A program made the translations under genes and the position numbers. Positions 36,232-49,115 of a stretch of DNA of 64,000 bases are shown in pieces. The notes below the pieces were generated by a model. That model saw only the letters and a program-made list of their open reading frames with translations, had not been told where the DNA came from and searched no databases. Positions within the stretch are counted from its first letter, which is position 1, and the number at the start of each line of letters is the position of its first letter. The DNA is from Massalongia carnosa (lineage: Eukaryota): positions 1,488,001-1,552,000 of the forward strand of contig OZ287069.1 in NCBI GenBank assembly GCA_965645245.1, in the 5' to 3' direction.

Positions 36232-37518
36232 CCCCCCCCCCCGATTGCCGTTCAACCAATGCTGTGAGTCTTTAGTGAGCGACAGCTATTTCTTTCTCAG
36301 AAGCCCAGAGGCAGGCTTCAAGAAGTCAAGCAAGCAATCGAAGAGTAAGAAGTAGATAGAGGAGATAAGCTGATGTGGGTTTCTAGTTGGTCGATGTAGG
36401 AAGGGATTCTTGTTTTGAGAAATATGATGGATGGATAGGTCAAGAAACTTGAAGGATATAAATACGTTCGAGATTTATAGTGGGAAGACAGTATATGCTG
36501 CTTTAAAGGGTCGAGGACAGGCATCGTTGGTGCAACTAGGATTCTTATAACTGTCCTCGACGGCGAGTTCAGAGCCCGTAGCATTGTAAATTGACGAGGA
36601 AAACTAATCTGTGAATGCAAGAAGCAAGATTCAACTATGCAAAAGCAGAGATAGTAGTGCAGCTTAAAATACTGAAAGCCTTGAGGATTGGGTGTGAAGA
36701 GGGAAAGTTGGGTACTTGCTCGAACTATTTGAACATTGGGGAAGGGATTTTTGAAGGCATGAAGGAGGGTTGAGATGGTCAAGGCAAGGACAAGTATGAA
36801 TTCTGAGGAGGCGGAGGGCTGGAGATAAGCTGGGGGAAAAAGGAACTCTGTTGTTTTTCTCGTTCCTTCGAGCAATGGAAACAAGATTCTCTGAACTCTG
36901 GCTGGCCAGTTTCTCAACAAGAATAAAAGCCCACAGATATGTCATAGGGAAAGCTGTGAAGAAGGAATCTTGAGAACTTGCTCGGGCCATCTGAAACCCG
37001 GAAAAGAAAGGCAACAATGGCTGTTATGTAGAAAAGGAAAGTAGTTGTGAACATATATTCACATGATTAGTAGGCTAATCTTGGAGGAGGCGAACAGAGA
37101 AGCTAGGGGTCTTGTTTTGTTTTGTTTTTTTATCTAGAACAAGGGGAAAGAGATCTAAGCTAGTCAGGCAGGGACGACTGTTGCATATATATGGAACGAA
37201 GGGATGGGTAAAGCTCGGAGAAGATGAGAAGGAAGGCTCGAAGATTTTTTGTTTTGTGTTTTTCTAAAAATAATAATAAAAAGTGCCAAGAAACTCAGCC
37301 AGCCCATCTGACAAGGAAAACGAGGACTTGTGAATATGCAAGATAGGTATGAAAATGGAGAGCATGGGGGAGGGAGGCTTGAAGATGGCAAAGAAAATCA
37401 TTGGAGGCTTACTTGATCCGTTTAACAAGGGGAAAAACTGGGTTATATGTACTAGGTTCTTCACCTATAGAAGGAACGCCTTCGCAGCCGTGCCCATGGC
37501 TTTAGTGTGGTGTACTGA

Positions 37519-39278
37519 TTAAAACTCCTTGTTTTCCTCTTCCTCATCTCCGTCCACCACCACCACCACCTCCTCCTCCTCCTCCTCCTCCTCCTCCTCC
37601 TCCTCCTCCTCCTTCACTCTAACCTCATCGTCTTCAGATGCGGTCTCCATCCCATCTCCTCTAACCTCGCTCTCCTCCGAATCATCCTCCTCAACCACCC
37701 ACTCATACTGCCCTGTGAAAACAGCTTCTAGAGGCTCCAATATTGTGCCTTGACAGATCCCACGACCAAGCTGTGTCCCGAAACCCTCCATGTCCCTTCT
37801 ATCACTTTCCGTTCTCGTCACTCTCCGCCCTTCCGGTATTACAATTCCCCCGAGATCGTCCTCTAAGAGATCATCACTATCCCACTCCATCGCGTTAATG
37901 TCAGTCTCCGCATCACTGTCATCGTATGCCTTCGAATATCCCACGAGATCTTCAAGCTTGACAGCATGCCCGCCAGGACAGCTTCCGGTAATACTATCCT
38001 CATCCGCCTCAATCTCCCACCCGCAGATCCCGCACCGCCACACTGATTCCCAATAGTCAAAGTAAGGGCGTTCACCGTCCAATGAAACATCTGATATTTC
38101 TCCAATGTGCTGAGTATCCGTGTGCTCGGCCTCATCTTCGACCTCGTTGCTAGAATTGTTGCTCACAGACGAAGAGCCTACTAACCGCATCACAGGCATG
38201 AATATAGGAAAGGCTGCGGTACTAATAGCAGATTCAGCGTTGGTGGTAGTTTCTGGGGTATCGACAGTGGCAAGGTTTACTTCGATACCCGTAGCGGAGA
38301 CTGGGCTTGGAGTACCGAAACTGAAACTGTCCCGATCACTCTCAAGTTTCACTACAAGCTTCTCCATGCTTTGCAAGGAAGAAGGTTCTGGGTATGAGTG
38401 ACTGCAATCGGGGCATTCGAAAAGCCCGTCGATTAGTTCCCACCCACATTGCTCACAAGAGCGTGGTTCGTGGCCATCTGGGCAGTGAGATTCTATGAGG
38501 CGAATGTCGCAGACGATGCAGCGGTATTTGACACCGTTATGATAGCTGCCAGGAGGCACCCTCCCAAGGTGGCGGTCGTAGACACTTATGTTTCTGGGGT
38601 AGGGAATAGTATCGCTATGGATGATGGTCGGATAGGCTAGCTTTGGAGAGATCGGGAAAGGAGCGATTAGGGGGGCGGGTGCAGAATTCAATGGGATCTC
38701 TGGAGTTGCAAGTTCTGGTTCCGCCCGTTCCTGCGTTGCTCGTGGGTATTCAACCATCTTAGAACCATATTTCCCTTTCAACATATCAACCTTTTCTGCG
38801 TATTTCACCTTCGCTTCTTCGGGTGTAGTTCCTTCATCAGCAACCTTCTTCCAGGCGTTGTAGGGGAGTAATTTCTGTGCGAAATAAAATAGATTTAGCC
38901 TTCAACTTTGTAGTCTTGCCCAGTGGAAATACAAGTTCTATGCACATAAGGGGAGAGCAACTAGCAAGGCCGCTGACCGAGTATGCCCAGCCTCTGGTAT
39001 CTCTAGCAGGTAGAAATGAGCTAGATTGCGCAGCTTGCTTGTGGAGAGCTTGGAGCTATGGTCAACGTTAGCGTCTGAATTATCAATGTTGATTTATGAA
39101 AGGGTCCTAATATATCATAGATATGAACAAACGAAACTGAATAGAGCTAAAGTGGTAAAACTACCTCAAATAGCTCCTCGCTAGTAGCTTTGCCGTTTAA
39201 GTTCAAGAAATTTGACTGTGCCTCTCGGAAAAGGCTAATCTGAGAAGGCTTAGGAAGTTCAATCCAATTGGAAAACAT
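37519..39278 (-). CDS. ~515-aa protein: diverged acyl-CoA-binding (ACBP-like) N-terminus + CxxC-rich region + poly-Glu tail; exons 39278-39165, 39055-38978, 38874-37519
   Basis: KATSEELFE|LQALHKQA...|KLLPYNAWKKVADEGTTPEEAKVKYAEKVDMLKGKYG; CIVC, CEQCGWE, CPDC, WRCGICGWE; GT-AG junctions in frame. Confidence 0.72.
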
Positions 39279-39727
39279 CTCTAGATTGTCTTTTCTCTTC
39301 ATTGATAGGTCTAAGGTGCCAAGCCGCGAAGAATGAATAACATCGAAGGAAGAAAGAGAGAAAGAAAGTTTGACAAAGTTCTATCTATGATATGCAGAAA
39401 GCTTCTGGTTGCACTGAGAACGACAACACAATATTCAATGCGACAAATCCATATCAACAGTGAAGAGACACTCCGTTTTAGCTTCGATTTCAGGCTCGTG
39501 TCACTTGATTCTATGTGTTCGTTGGATAAATCGACCTATGGTTTTTCCATTTTCGCAAAGGAAACACATAAAAGCAAAATTAGACAAAGAGAAGAAGCCC
39601 AGCACATTTACAGCCATGTAAGTTTTGCTAGGCAGTTTCTTATCATCCCTTTGCTATTAGCTGAGTCTGCGTAGTATGTCCGTGAGCAAAAACCGCATCT
39701 CCTGCCATAAATTCCTACCTCCTAGCC

Positions 39728-42700
39728 CTACTCATCAATTTCCATCTCAATCTGCAAAGCTCCGGTCATCTCATACCTTTGGCCACCACAGGAGTCGTCG
39801 TCCCTGCTGGAATTCTGGCTCATGTTTGTATCAGTGTTTGTGCTTTCCGTTTCGCGCTCGTGACGTGCATTTCGGCGTCCGCTTTCCTCTACCTCACTCC
39901 CGTAAACACTCTGAGCGTCATCCAGCTGTTCGCGTCTCGCAGCCTCAACCTCCGCATCAACAGCCGCCATACGGAGCACGAATTCATCCTGGAGCTTCTT
40001 CATCCAAGTTAGGAGGACTTTTCCTTGCATATTTCCGTCCCGGGCTTGGATCAGCTGCTCCCTAAGGCTTAGGACTAGTTTCCTGCGCCTAGCAACAGCA
40101 ATAGTCATCGGGTTCTTCTTTTGTCTTTCAATATTTAAGGCTAGTTTGTTTGAGACCTCCTCCGCAACCTTCATGACATCAGCTGGCAAATTAATCACCC
40201 TTGCAAGAGCAAGCCCGTAGTGCTTTTCCTGCACACTACCGTTGGCAATCTTGTAAAGCATCCTCATTTTATTCACATCTCCCATCTCCACAGCCAGATG
40301 CAGAGAGACTACCCCATTGCGCTCAGCCAAGATTGTGGCTAGGTCTCGAAAATGTGTGGCAAACCACACCAGTGCTTTGCTTTCGACGAGAGCTTCTGCG
40401 ACAGCGATAGCGATCGAAATACCATCTCTCGTACTGGTGCCACGTCCAAGCTCATCGATGATTACCATACTTCGCTTGTCAACGTTCCGCAAAATAAATG
40501 CAGTCTCGCGCATTTCAGCAGCGAAGGTGGAAACATTCGCCTCAATGCTATCATCCATTGAAATCCTGGCAAATAACTGGTGAAAAATTGGAAATGATGC
40601 GTAATTAGCTGGAATAAAGCATCCAATCTGTGCCATCACAGCCATGAGAGCAAGCGATCGAATATAAATGCTCTTCCCGCTCATGTTACAGCCAGTTATG
40701 ATTTGAAACCTTGACTGCTGCGCGGCATAAGCATCGTTAGGAATATATTTCTCTGCGTGAATCGTCTCTCGAATAACATGCCTTCCGTCTTTGACAGCTA
40801 AAGTTTGAGTCATCTCTGGTTTACAATAATCCTTTGTAATGGCCAGATGAGCGAATGCTGCAATCATATCAAGCTCCGCGATGGCTTCGCAGGCCTTGAA
40901 TAATGGCTCGATTTCCTCTCGAACGCTATAGATCAAGTCTTGAATACTTGCATCACTCATCTGTAGTACCTCATGATGGGAATCCGTGATTTTCTGATTC
41001 CATTTCAGGAGATCAAGGGTCTGGCACTCAACCATTCTTTTCCTGCGAAACTCGTTAATAAAGACATCGGGCAGTTCGCGGTCCTCCAATTCCGACGCAG
41101 GAATCTGAATGAAGTATTGTCTTGCAGCATCATACTTCAACTCAAGCGCCAAATGATGAGTTTCTGATACGAAATCAATCCATTAGAAAAAACTAACGCC
41201 ATCCTGGAACCTACGAGCTAGATCTGTAACTAACTGGAAGGCATCCGCATTGGCTTCCTTGTACGTCTGCCTCGCAACATCTAGCAGACCATTGACCCCG
41301 GACTACTTGTAGGTTAGCATTTCAGCATATTAAACGTACATGCTGGACCTGACTTGCTTTGACAGCGTAAGTCCTTTGATTTCTCAAGTCTAAAGGTTGA
41401 CTTGAATAAGTAATGTCCGGGTTGATCGTTTCATCGATCAGTACTTCCACATTGGCAATTTTGTCCGGCGCACAAAGCTTTGATCAATTTAACAAAGCCT
41501 CTTACATTATAATGGAGCCGGTTTTGTTACCCTGAAAATAGACAGCAGCAGCTCGCTTTTGGTAGCTTTGAGTGCCTCGTAGATAGGAGGGATGGACTTT
41601 ACATACTGTTTTAGCATGATTATATTATTTATTGATTGTTCGCAATACTGAATGGAAGGCTTGCAAGGAACAACAGTAATCTACTCATGTCAGCTTCACG
41701 TCTTTGTGGTTTGAAATGCACCCACAGCAGTCAGCACTCGATCTACATCGATGAATGCCTTGAGGCCTATCAGGGAATTGAGATCCTGAAGACACCATGA
41801 AATCTGTATGGTTCAACAAATACCTTGACGTAGAGCAAGAAACACATATTCCTTGGCGGCAAGCTCTCCCACAGCATCATAACGGCGCTCCAGATATTTT
41901 ACCTCGATCAAAGGTTGTAGTAAGTTGCTCTTCAACATCCTCGCACCCATAGGCGTTAGCGTTTGATTGAGAACACCAAAAAGGCAGTCCTTGGATTTTA
42001 CATTCTGTAAATTCTGGATGAGCTCTAGGGAATGAATGGTAGAGAGATCAATCATCATTGAACCCTCAGGGGGCTCATATCTGATACGAAGAGAATGAAG
42101 GGAAAATGACATATTCAGCTGTAACTCGATATACTTGAGTACCTAGGAAATGTCTCAGTTTAAAGGAATCAGCGTTTAAAGATCATAACAAACAGCGGCG
42201 ATGCAACAAGTTGCATAGAAATTGCCTCCCAAGGACACTTTGATCGCCTCCACATCTTGCTTGAAAGCTAACTGCTGTATGTAATCAAGGCCTGCAGTCT
42301 CGGCCCAGTATTTCCTATCAATAATGACCATTCGAGTGTTTGGCAACATTGGTAGATTAGCTTCGACGGTCGAAAAGAGCTTGGACTTTGGGCGGGCAGC
42401 GGTGGTCATGAAGAGTATTTCAGTCGGTTGAAATACAAACAGCTTGTGTATCGTCCTGACAAACGTCTGATTGTCCGAAATCTGACACAAGACTGCTTCT
42501 GAGGTGATGGAATTTACGAAGGCGAGACCAACGATCGGAGCTATTCCTCTGGACTCACTGATTGCACAGGTGATCTGTTGATCTCGGGTTCCTCCTGTGG
42601 TAGAGGCGGTAGTTCTTGACTTGGTGCTAGGTCTTCCATCGTTTGTACGCCTAGTGCCAAGGCGTGGTGTTGCAGAAGACGAGTAGGAGGGGTATGAGGT

Positions 42701-42745
42701 GGACACTGAGCTGTATGACGTTGAGGCTCGGGCAATAACAGACAT
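39728..42745 (-). CDS. MSH4: MutS homolog 4 (meiotic crossover protein), multi-exon
   Basis: CAISESRGI, SLELIQNLQN, IITGCNMSGKS, SIEANVSTFAAEMRETAFIL, DELGRGTST, FATHF, HYGL. Confidence 0.95.
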
Positions 42746-43381
42746 AATGAAGCTAGGTTGTAACTGTATTACTGGTCACAATTCAGGTAGATACAGGTAG
42801 ACTGAAGTGCGACAAGCTACAAGCCTTTGTGAGATACGGTTCTCAAGGGATATACATATCGAGAGCGCGTTAGGTGTAGTCTGAGAGAATTAAGCTCAAT
42901 GAGTAAAAAACCGTATAAACCTCCTTCACCACTCCAGACCTCACTGTCGGGGGTTAACTTTCATGTTTTCAGTTAGGGCTAGATTGATTTGCCATCCACG
43001 CACGTGGCGACCCAAAAAGTTGGGACATCAAACCATTATTGCTTGACTGAACACTGCAAGGATTTTCAAATCCTGATACAAGTTTCATATCGTTACTCGT
43101 CAATGTATTTGATAGGAGAAAACAGGAGCTGATTCCAGTATTCTTCGTCATGGTTTGTTTCTTACCCCTGGATGGGTTTTTGGGGATATCTGCGGTGGCG
43201 AGAATGGTACTGGAGAAGTTGAACAGGAAATGATTATCACTTTATGAGGTTATGACTAATTTTCTTGGTACTCGCGGAGTATCGTTATCCCGCAAATCTT
43301 AATGCCTTGGCGCACAAAAAGTAAATCACGAACTTCATCGGAATAACCATTACAGAAACTGATAGCTTCCGGAAAGTCTCT

Positions 43382-45012
43382 ATGACTACTGTTCTTCCCC
43401 CCCCAAGCAAGCGGCAGCGGATTGCCGTGGCAGAGAAAGCTAGAGAGCAGCAGGAACTTGACCATGTTCCAGATAACCTGGGAAGCGTACGGCTTCAGTT
43501 CCTTGATCGAGCGACAGGCCAAGCAGTTGCTGCACCTATATCCGTTCCTGTCGCGAATGCAACAGTCAAAAACCTGGAGTTGCTTCTTAATACGTTGCAA
43601 GGGAACGTAGGTAGTCCTTAATATAAAGTGGCTCTCTCTAGATTGTGGACTTTTGGTGTGATGCTAATCTATCCAAGGATGTATCTGAGCGAATACCGTA
43701 TCGGTTTAGCTTTCAAACAGAGGCGGTAGATTCTTCTACGAGTGGAGATACACTTGATATTGCTACCGATATCTACCAATCCATCTTACGACCTAATCTT
43801 AAGACTACAGAAGACCTTATAAGCCTGCAATATACCCCTCAAGCTGTCTTTCGTGTTCGTGCTGTGTCTCGATGTTCATCATCCATACCTGGTCATGGGG
43901 AAGCTATTCTGGCTACGCAATTTTCTCCATCTTCGTCCTCCAAATTGGTGACTGGCAGTGGTGACTCGACGGCGCGAATATTCGACTGTGATACGGGGAC
44001 GCCACTGCATACGCTAAAAGGTCATACGAGTTGGGTTTTAGTGGTTAGTTGGTCGCCAGATGACACGACTATTGCGACAGGAAGTATGGACAACAGCGTC
44101 CGATTGTGGGATCCAATTTCGGGTGAAGCTGTAGGCTCCCCCCTGAAAGGTCACAGTAAGTGGGTTACTAGCTTGGCCTGGGAACCCTATCACCTCCAAG
44201 CACCTGGTCGGCCGCGCCTTGCATCTGCCTCCAAAGATGCTACGGTCCGAATCTGGGACGTCGTATCAAGGCGCATCGAGCTCGTTTTGAGCGGCCATAA
44301 AGGCTCGGTATCTTGCGTTCGATGGGGTGGGATTGGTAAAATTTACACCTCATCACATGACAAAACGGTCAAGATTTGGAATGCGAACGATGGCACCCTA
44401 GCTCAGACCCTCTCATCCCACGCTCATTGGGTGAATCATCTTGCACTCTCCACTGATTTCGTCCTCCGCACCGCCTACCACGATCACAATTCCTCTGTCC
44501 CTACCACCTCCGAAGCCAAACTTTCCAAAGCCCTCACCCGGTTTCAAAAAGCTGCTACGATCAACAACTCTATCGTGGAACGCCTTGTCACTGCTAGCGA
44601 CGATTTCACGATATATCTCTGGACGCCGTCCACCAGTGCAAAGCCCGTATCCCGGCTCCTTGGCCATCAGAAACAGGTTAATCACGTGACATTCTCTCCT
44701 GATGGAGTCCTGATCGCCAGCTCTGGCTGGGACAACCATATTAAACTTTGGAACGCGCGGGACGGCGCATTTTTATTCACGCTCAGGGGCCATGTTGGGC
44801 CAGTGTATATGAGTTGCTTCAGTCCGGATAGTAGGCTCGTGGTTAGCGGGAGTAAGGATACTACGCTCAAGGTCTGGGACGTGAGGACGGGGAAGCTGAA
44901 GGGGGATTTACCCGGGCATCAGGATGAGGTGTACGCGGTGGATTGGAGTCCTGATGGAGGAAAGGTAGGAAGCGGGGGAAAGGATAAGGCAGTAAGGATT
45001 TGGAGGCATTGA
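43382..45012 (+). CDS. RSA4: Ribosome assembly protein Rsa4 / Notchless (NLE + WD40)
   Basis: MTTVLPPPSKRQR, YTPQAVFRVRAVSRCSSSIPGH, WD40 repeats ending DKAVRIWRH; one intron. Confidence 0.96.
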
Positions 45013-45592
45013 CGTGGCGGGGGCGATCCCTTGCCTAAATCTAACCATCACGTGAATTATTCTACAATTACTCCCTAGAACTCTCTTTGTACATCCGACA
45101 AGAGACGTGTCTATCTCCCACTGAGTCTTATCGATGCGTGAAAGAATACAAACCAGTTTTCACGAACGTTTTCATCGTTCTTTCTCTCTCCTTTAGTGAC
45201 TCATTTCGCTCGTCATAAGCTACTACGAAAATGTCCAAGCGTGGTGTATTTTGCATATACTAATTTGATTTGATTTTGCTGTTGTAAATCCTCGTTTTTA
45301 TATTTATAATCCTGATCAGGTGTACATAAGAAGCAGAATGATCACGAGACTTTGACAATATAGACTTGGATAAGTCGACAATAGAAGCATTTAGCTGGAG
45401 CGTTGTCATCACATTTGACGTTAAGGCGACATCCCATGACAATGAATTCCAGCCCTATGACTCTTCACTCTGCAAGGTTAATCTGACAGACAAGTATTAC
45501 TTACTCCGTTTGCAATCTATCTGCCGTCTAACAGGATTCCCTTTTATCGCCTTATTTCACATCTATCCCATAGATTTGTATCATCGTGTATT

Positions 45593-48104
45593 ATGGCCTC
45601 CACCAGTGACGCCGTTGTGCCTTCTGCTCACACTGCTGCTGAGAACCGTGATGGCATAAGCTCAGTCTCAATTTCTAGGGGCATGGGACGATATGGAACC
45701 AGAGGTTCCAATAGAAGGAGAAATCCAGACTATCAAGACGTGCAACATCCTTCGGTACGCCAAATGCGCCCCCAGGCCGGCGAACAAGGTCGAGGGGCAG
45801 GTGGAAGGCACAATGCCTTGGGCCGTCGACGACACCCAGGAACTGTAGTTTCCAAAGCTCCAAATCAGCTAGTACCCCCGTTAGACCCACCGCCTGGCCT
45901 CGGCGGTGGTGGCACCTTTGGTGGTCGCCTGACCATTGATGCCATAAAGACAGAAGGCGAGATCCTGATGAAAGATCAGGACAGCATTGGAGAGGAGGAC
46001 GAAGCGGAGGTGTGTTTCATATGTGCCTCACTGGTTGTACATCATTCGGTTGCGCCATGCAATCATCGAACTTGTCATATCTGCGCACTACGGCTGAGGG
46101 CGCTGTACAAAACAAGAGCCTGCGCACATTGTCGAGTTAGTCTTTAGCCTTCTTTTCAACCTTTCCATGGACCGCTGACACATTCTGCAGTCCGAAGCTA
46201 GTCATGTCATATTCACAGATGATGCGAACAAACGCTTTGAGGACTTCACCGATGCAGACTTTCAAAAAACAGATGAAGTTCTAGGAATAAGATACGAACA
46301 CAAGGAGATTTATAATGACACCCTACTCCTACTTCGGTACAACTGTCCTGACAATGGATGCGATATTGCTTGCTGGGGATGGCCGGATCTTCACAAGCAC
46401 GTTAAAGGTGTGCACAACAAAATACTGTGCGACCTCTGCACCCGGAATAAGAAAGTCTTCACGCACGAGCATGAGCTGTTCACAAATGCGGAACTCCGCA
46501 AGCATGAAAAATTTGGTGACGATAATCCCGGAGCCGTGGATCAGAGTGGGTTCAAAGGACATCCTGAGTGTGGATTCTGCCGACAGCGTTTCTACGGGGA
46601 CGATGAGCTATACGCCCACTGCAGGGACAAACATGAAAAATGTCACATATGCGATAGAAGAAACCATGGAAGACAACAGCAGTACTATGTGAACTATGAT
46701 TCGTTGGAGCTTCATTTTCGTAAGGATCACTTCCTGTGTGCTGACCAAGACTGCCTGGATAAGAAATTTGTTGTCTTCGATTCGGAGATGGATCTAAAAG
46801 CTCATCAGCTTGATGTGCACCCAAATGATCTATCAAAGGACGCGAGAAAGGACGCCAGAAGGGTGGATATATCCGCATTCGACTATCGCACGCCCTTTCC
46901 CGCCCCTCGCGGAGGCCGGAGGGATCGAGATGGAAGAGGTAATGGCCGAGGCAGGGATCCCAACACGGAAGCAATCCCGCAATCGACCGCCCAGCCATTA
47001 CGCAGGGACGAGCTTGCCTATCAGAGGCAGATGGCCATCCAAAGCGCTCAATCGGTCTCAACGAGGACATTCGGAGGTCAGCTGACGTCAAACGACACCA
47101 CTACGCCAAGGCAGGGTGACATGGTCCAAGAGCCGCCTGTTGACGCTGTATCTCGCAGCCAGCCCTTTATACCGATTGAAACCCTTGATCTTAACGCGCC
47201 AACATCTCCAAGCCCGCGAGAACAAGCCCGCCATCTTCAACACGCCTCAGTTATGGACCGCGCCTCAACAATGCTGCAAAATGACCCTTCGAAACTTTCA
47301 ACCTTCCGCTCCACCGTCTCCTCCTACCAGAACTCACTTCTCACCGCATCCCAACTTCTCGACACATTTTTCACCCTCTTCGATGTCCCGTCCAAGGACT
47401 TGGGCAAGTTGATCAGAGAGCTGGCCGACATTTACCAATCTGATGAGAAGCGCCAAGACCTCCTTAAAGCCTGGAATGGCTGGCGTGCCATTAACGAAGA
47501 CTATCCCTCCCTACCAGGCCCCGGCGGCCTCCTCCCAGGCTCCTCCACGGCGACCACCGGCACCGGAGGCGGTTCCCGTGTTCTGAAGCTCAAGTCCTCC
47601 ACCGCGCAATCTTCCCGCTCAGCCGTCAGCAAGCAAAGCAGCTGGGGCAGCGCAGCGCCACCACCGCCATTTCCCCCGATATCCACGTCTTCGGCTAACC
47701 GAGCGGGAGCCGGGCGCGTAGGGCCTACACCTTGGATTGCGCCTTCTGCTTCGTCCTCTTCCATGTTCCATCCACGGCCCTCGTCTCGTCTACCCGCCGG
47801 ACCGCTACCTATGCGTTCGTCGGCCGCCGCCGCTTCGGATTCAATGTTTCCCGCCCTACCCGTTGCCGCGAAGCCGAACACCTTCATGGCGGGCCTGACG
47901 CGAGGAACCGTGCGTTGGGATGACGGGCGTGGAGGGGGAAAGAGCAAAGCGAACGCAAATGCTTGGGGCGCTGGGGGCGTCAGCAGCGGGAACCCGAGCG
48001 GCGGGGATCCGGAGATGGAGGGCGAGGATGGCACTGTGACGGGGAGGAAGAAGGGAGGGGGAGGGGGAAAAGGGAAGAAAGTCACTTTGTACAAACTCGG
48101 TTAA
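45593..48104 (+). CDS. HEL2: E3 ubiquitin ligase Hel2/ZNF598 (RING + C2H2)
   Basis: CFICAS...CNHRTCHICALRLRALYK...CAHCR; GFKGHPECGFCRQRFYGDDELYAHCRDKHEKCHIC; one intron. Confidence 0.95.
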
Positions 48105-49115
48105 TAGAACGGGATGAGCTGAAAAAAAGAGATGAGAAAGATGCCTTTTTTTTTTAGAACAAAACGAAACAGAAGAGAGAGATGCCTTTTTTTTTCCCAG
48201 AACAAAACGAAACAGAAGAGAGACAGGGACCGATTATGTACCCTTTACAGCCAGAACGGACAGGAGAAAGGAGAGGAGAATAGAACAGAATAGAAAAAGA
48301 GGATGTTTCTCTATCAACCAACCCTACTTCGGCCACAAGAACAGGTAGGAATTCATCCATCCATCCATCCATCCATGCAGGTAATTCTCACAAACAAAAA
48401 GAAGAAGAACTCGATTTTTTTTGGAACTTTTTTTTTAAATAATAATAATAATATTATTATTATTGTTAGTTATTTTTTTTTGGGGAGGGGGGTGTGATGG
48501 TTATTAATTCACCCCCTTCATAACTCGTTTCGTTTCGTTTCGTTCGTCCATCCTTCATTCATTCATCCATACCTACTTTCTGTTTTCCGAGACGGACCGA
48601 CGGACCGACGGACCGACGGACGGAGAAGAAAAGAGAAAAGGAGAGGGAAAAGGAGAGGGAAAGGGGTATCCTAGTGGTAGGATCAGGAATTATAAAGAAA
48701 AGATAAAATAAAATAAAATAGGGGTTTTCAGAGTAGAAATTTTCGAGTCTATAAACCATTATTCCCGTTTTTCCGTAAATATTAGTAAGCAGACTAAACC
48801 TATATAGGTTTAACTCTACCCCTTTTTTTTATAAATACGGGAACACGGGAATAATGGTTTATCGGTCAAAATCGACCGATAAACCATTATCTCATAAACC
48901 CGTATCTCATAAATCCTTCAATCCACTAACCTCATTCATCAGAATTATAAGGTAAATGATCAACGGCATCAACGAATCGTACAATTAAGGTAAGAATACT
49001 ACTACCTCGTCTTCTTTCATAGCTGACCACTGTTCTTGTCAGGGTGTTCTTGTCAGGGCTCAAAATCTAGTTAATAGAAATTCTCAGAATCAGCCCCAAC
49101 AGTTCTAAAATAAAG

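Noticed and set aside
36318..37017. 200-aa and 117-aa minus-strand ORFs
   Set aside because: Non-ATG starts, Leu/Ser/Phe-rich composition expected from a purine-skewed non-coding tract, no motifs
47501..48094. Antisense ORFs within HEL2 (likewise in eIF3b, RSA4, cyp15 and the antiporter)
   Set aside because: Shadows of GC-rich coding sequence on the opposite strand
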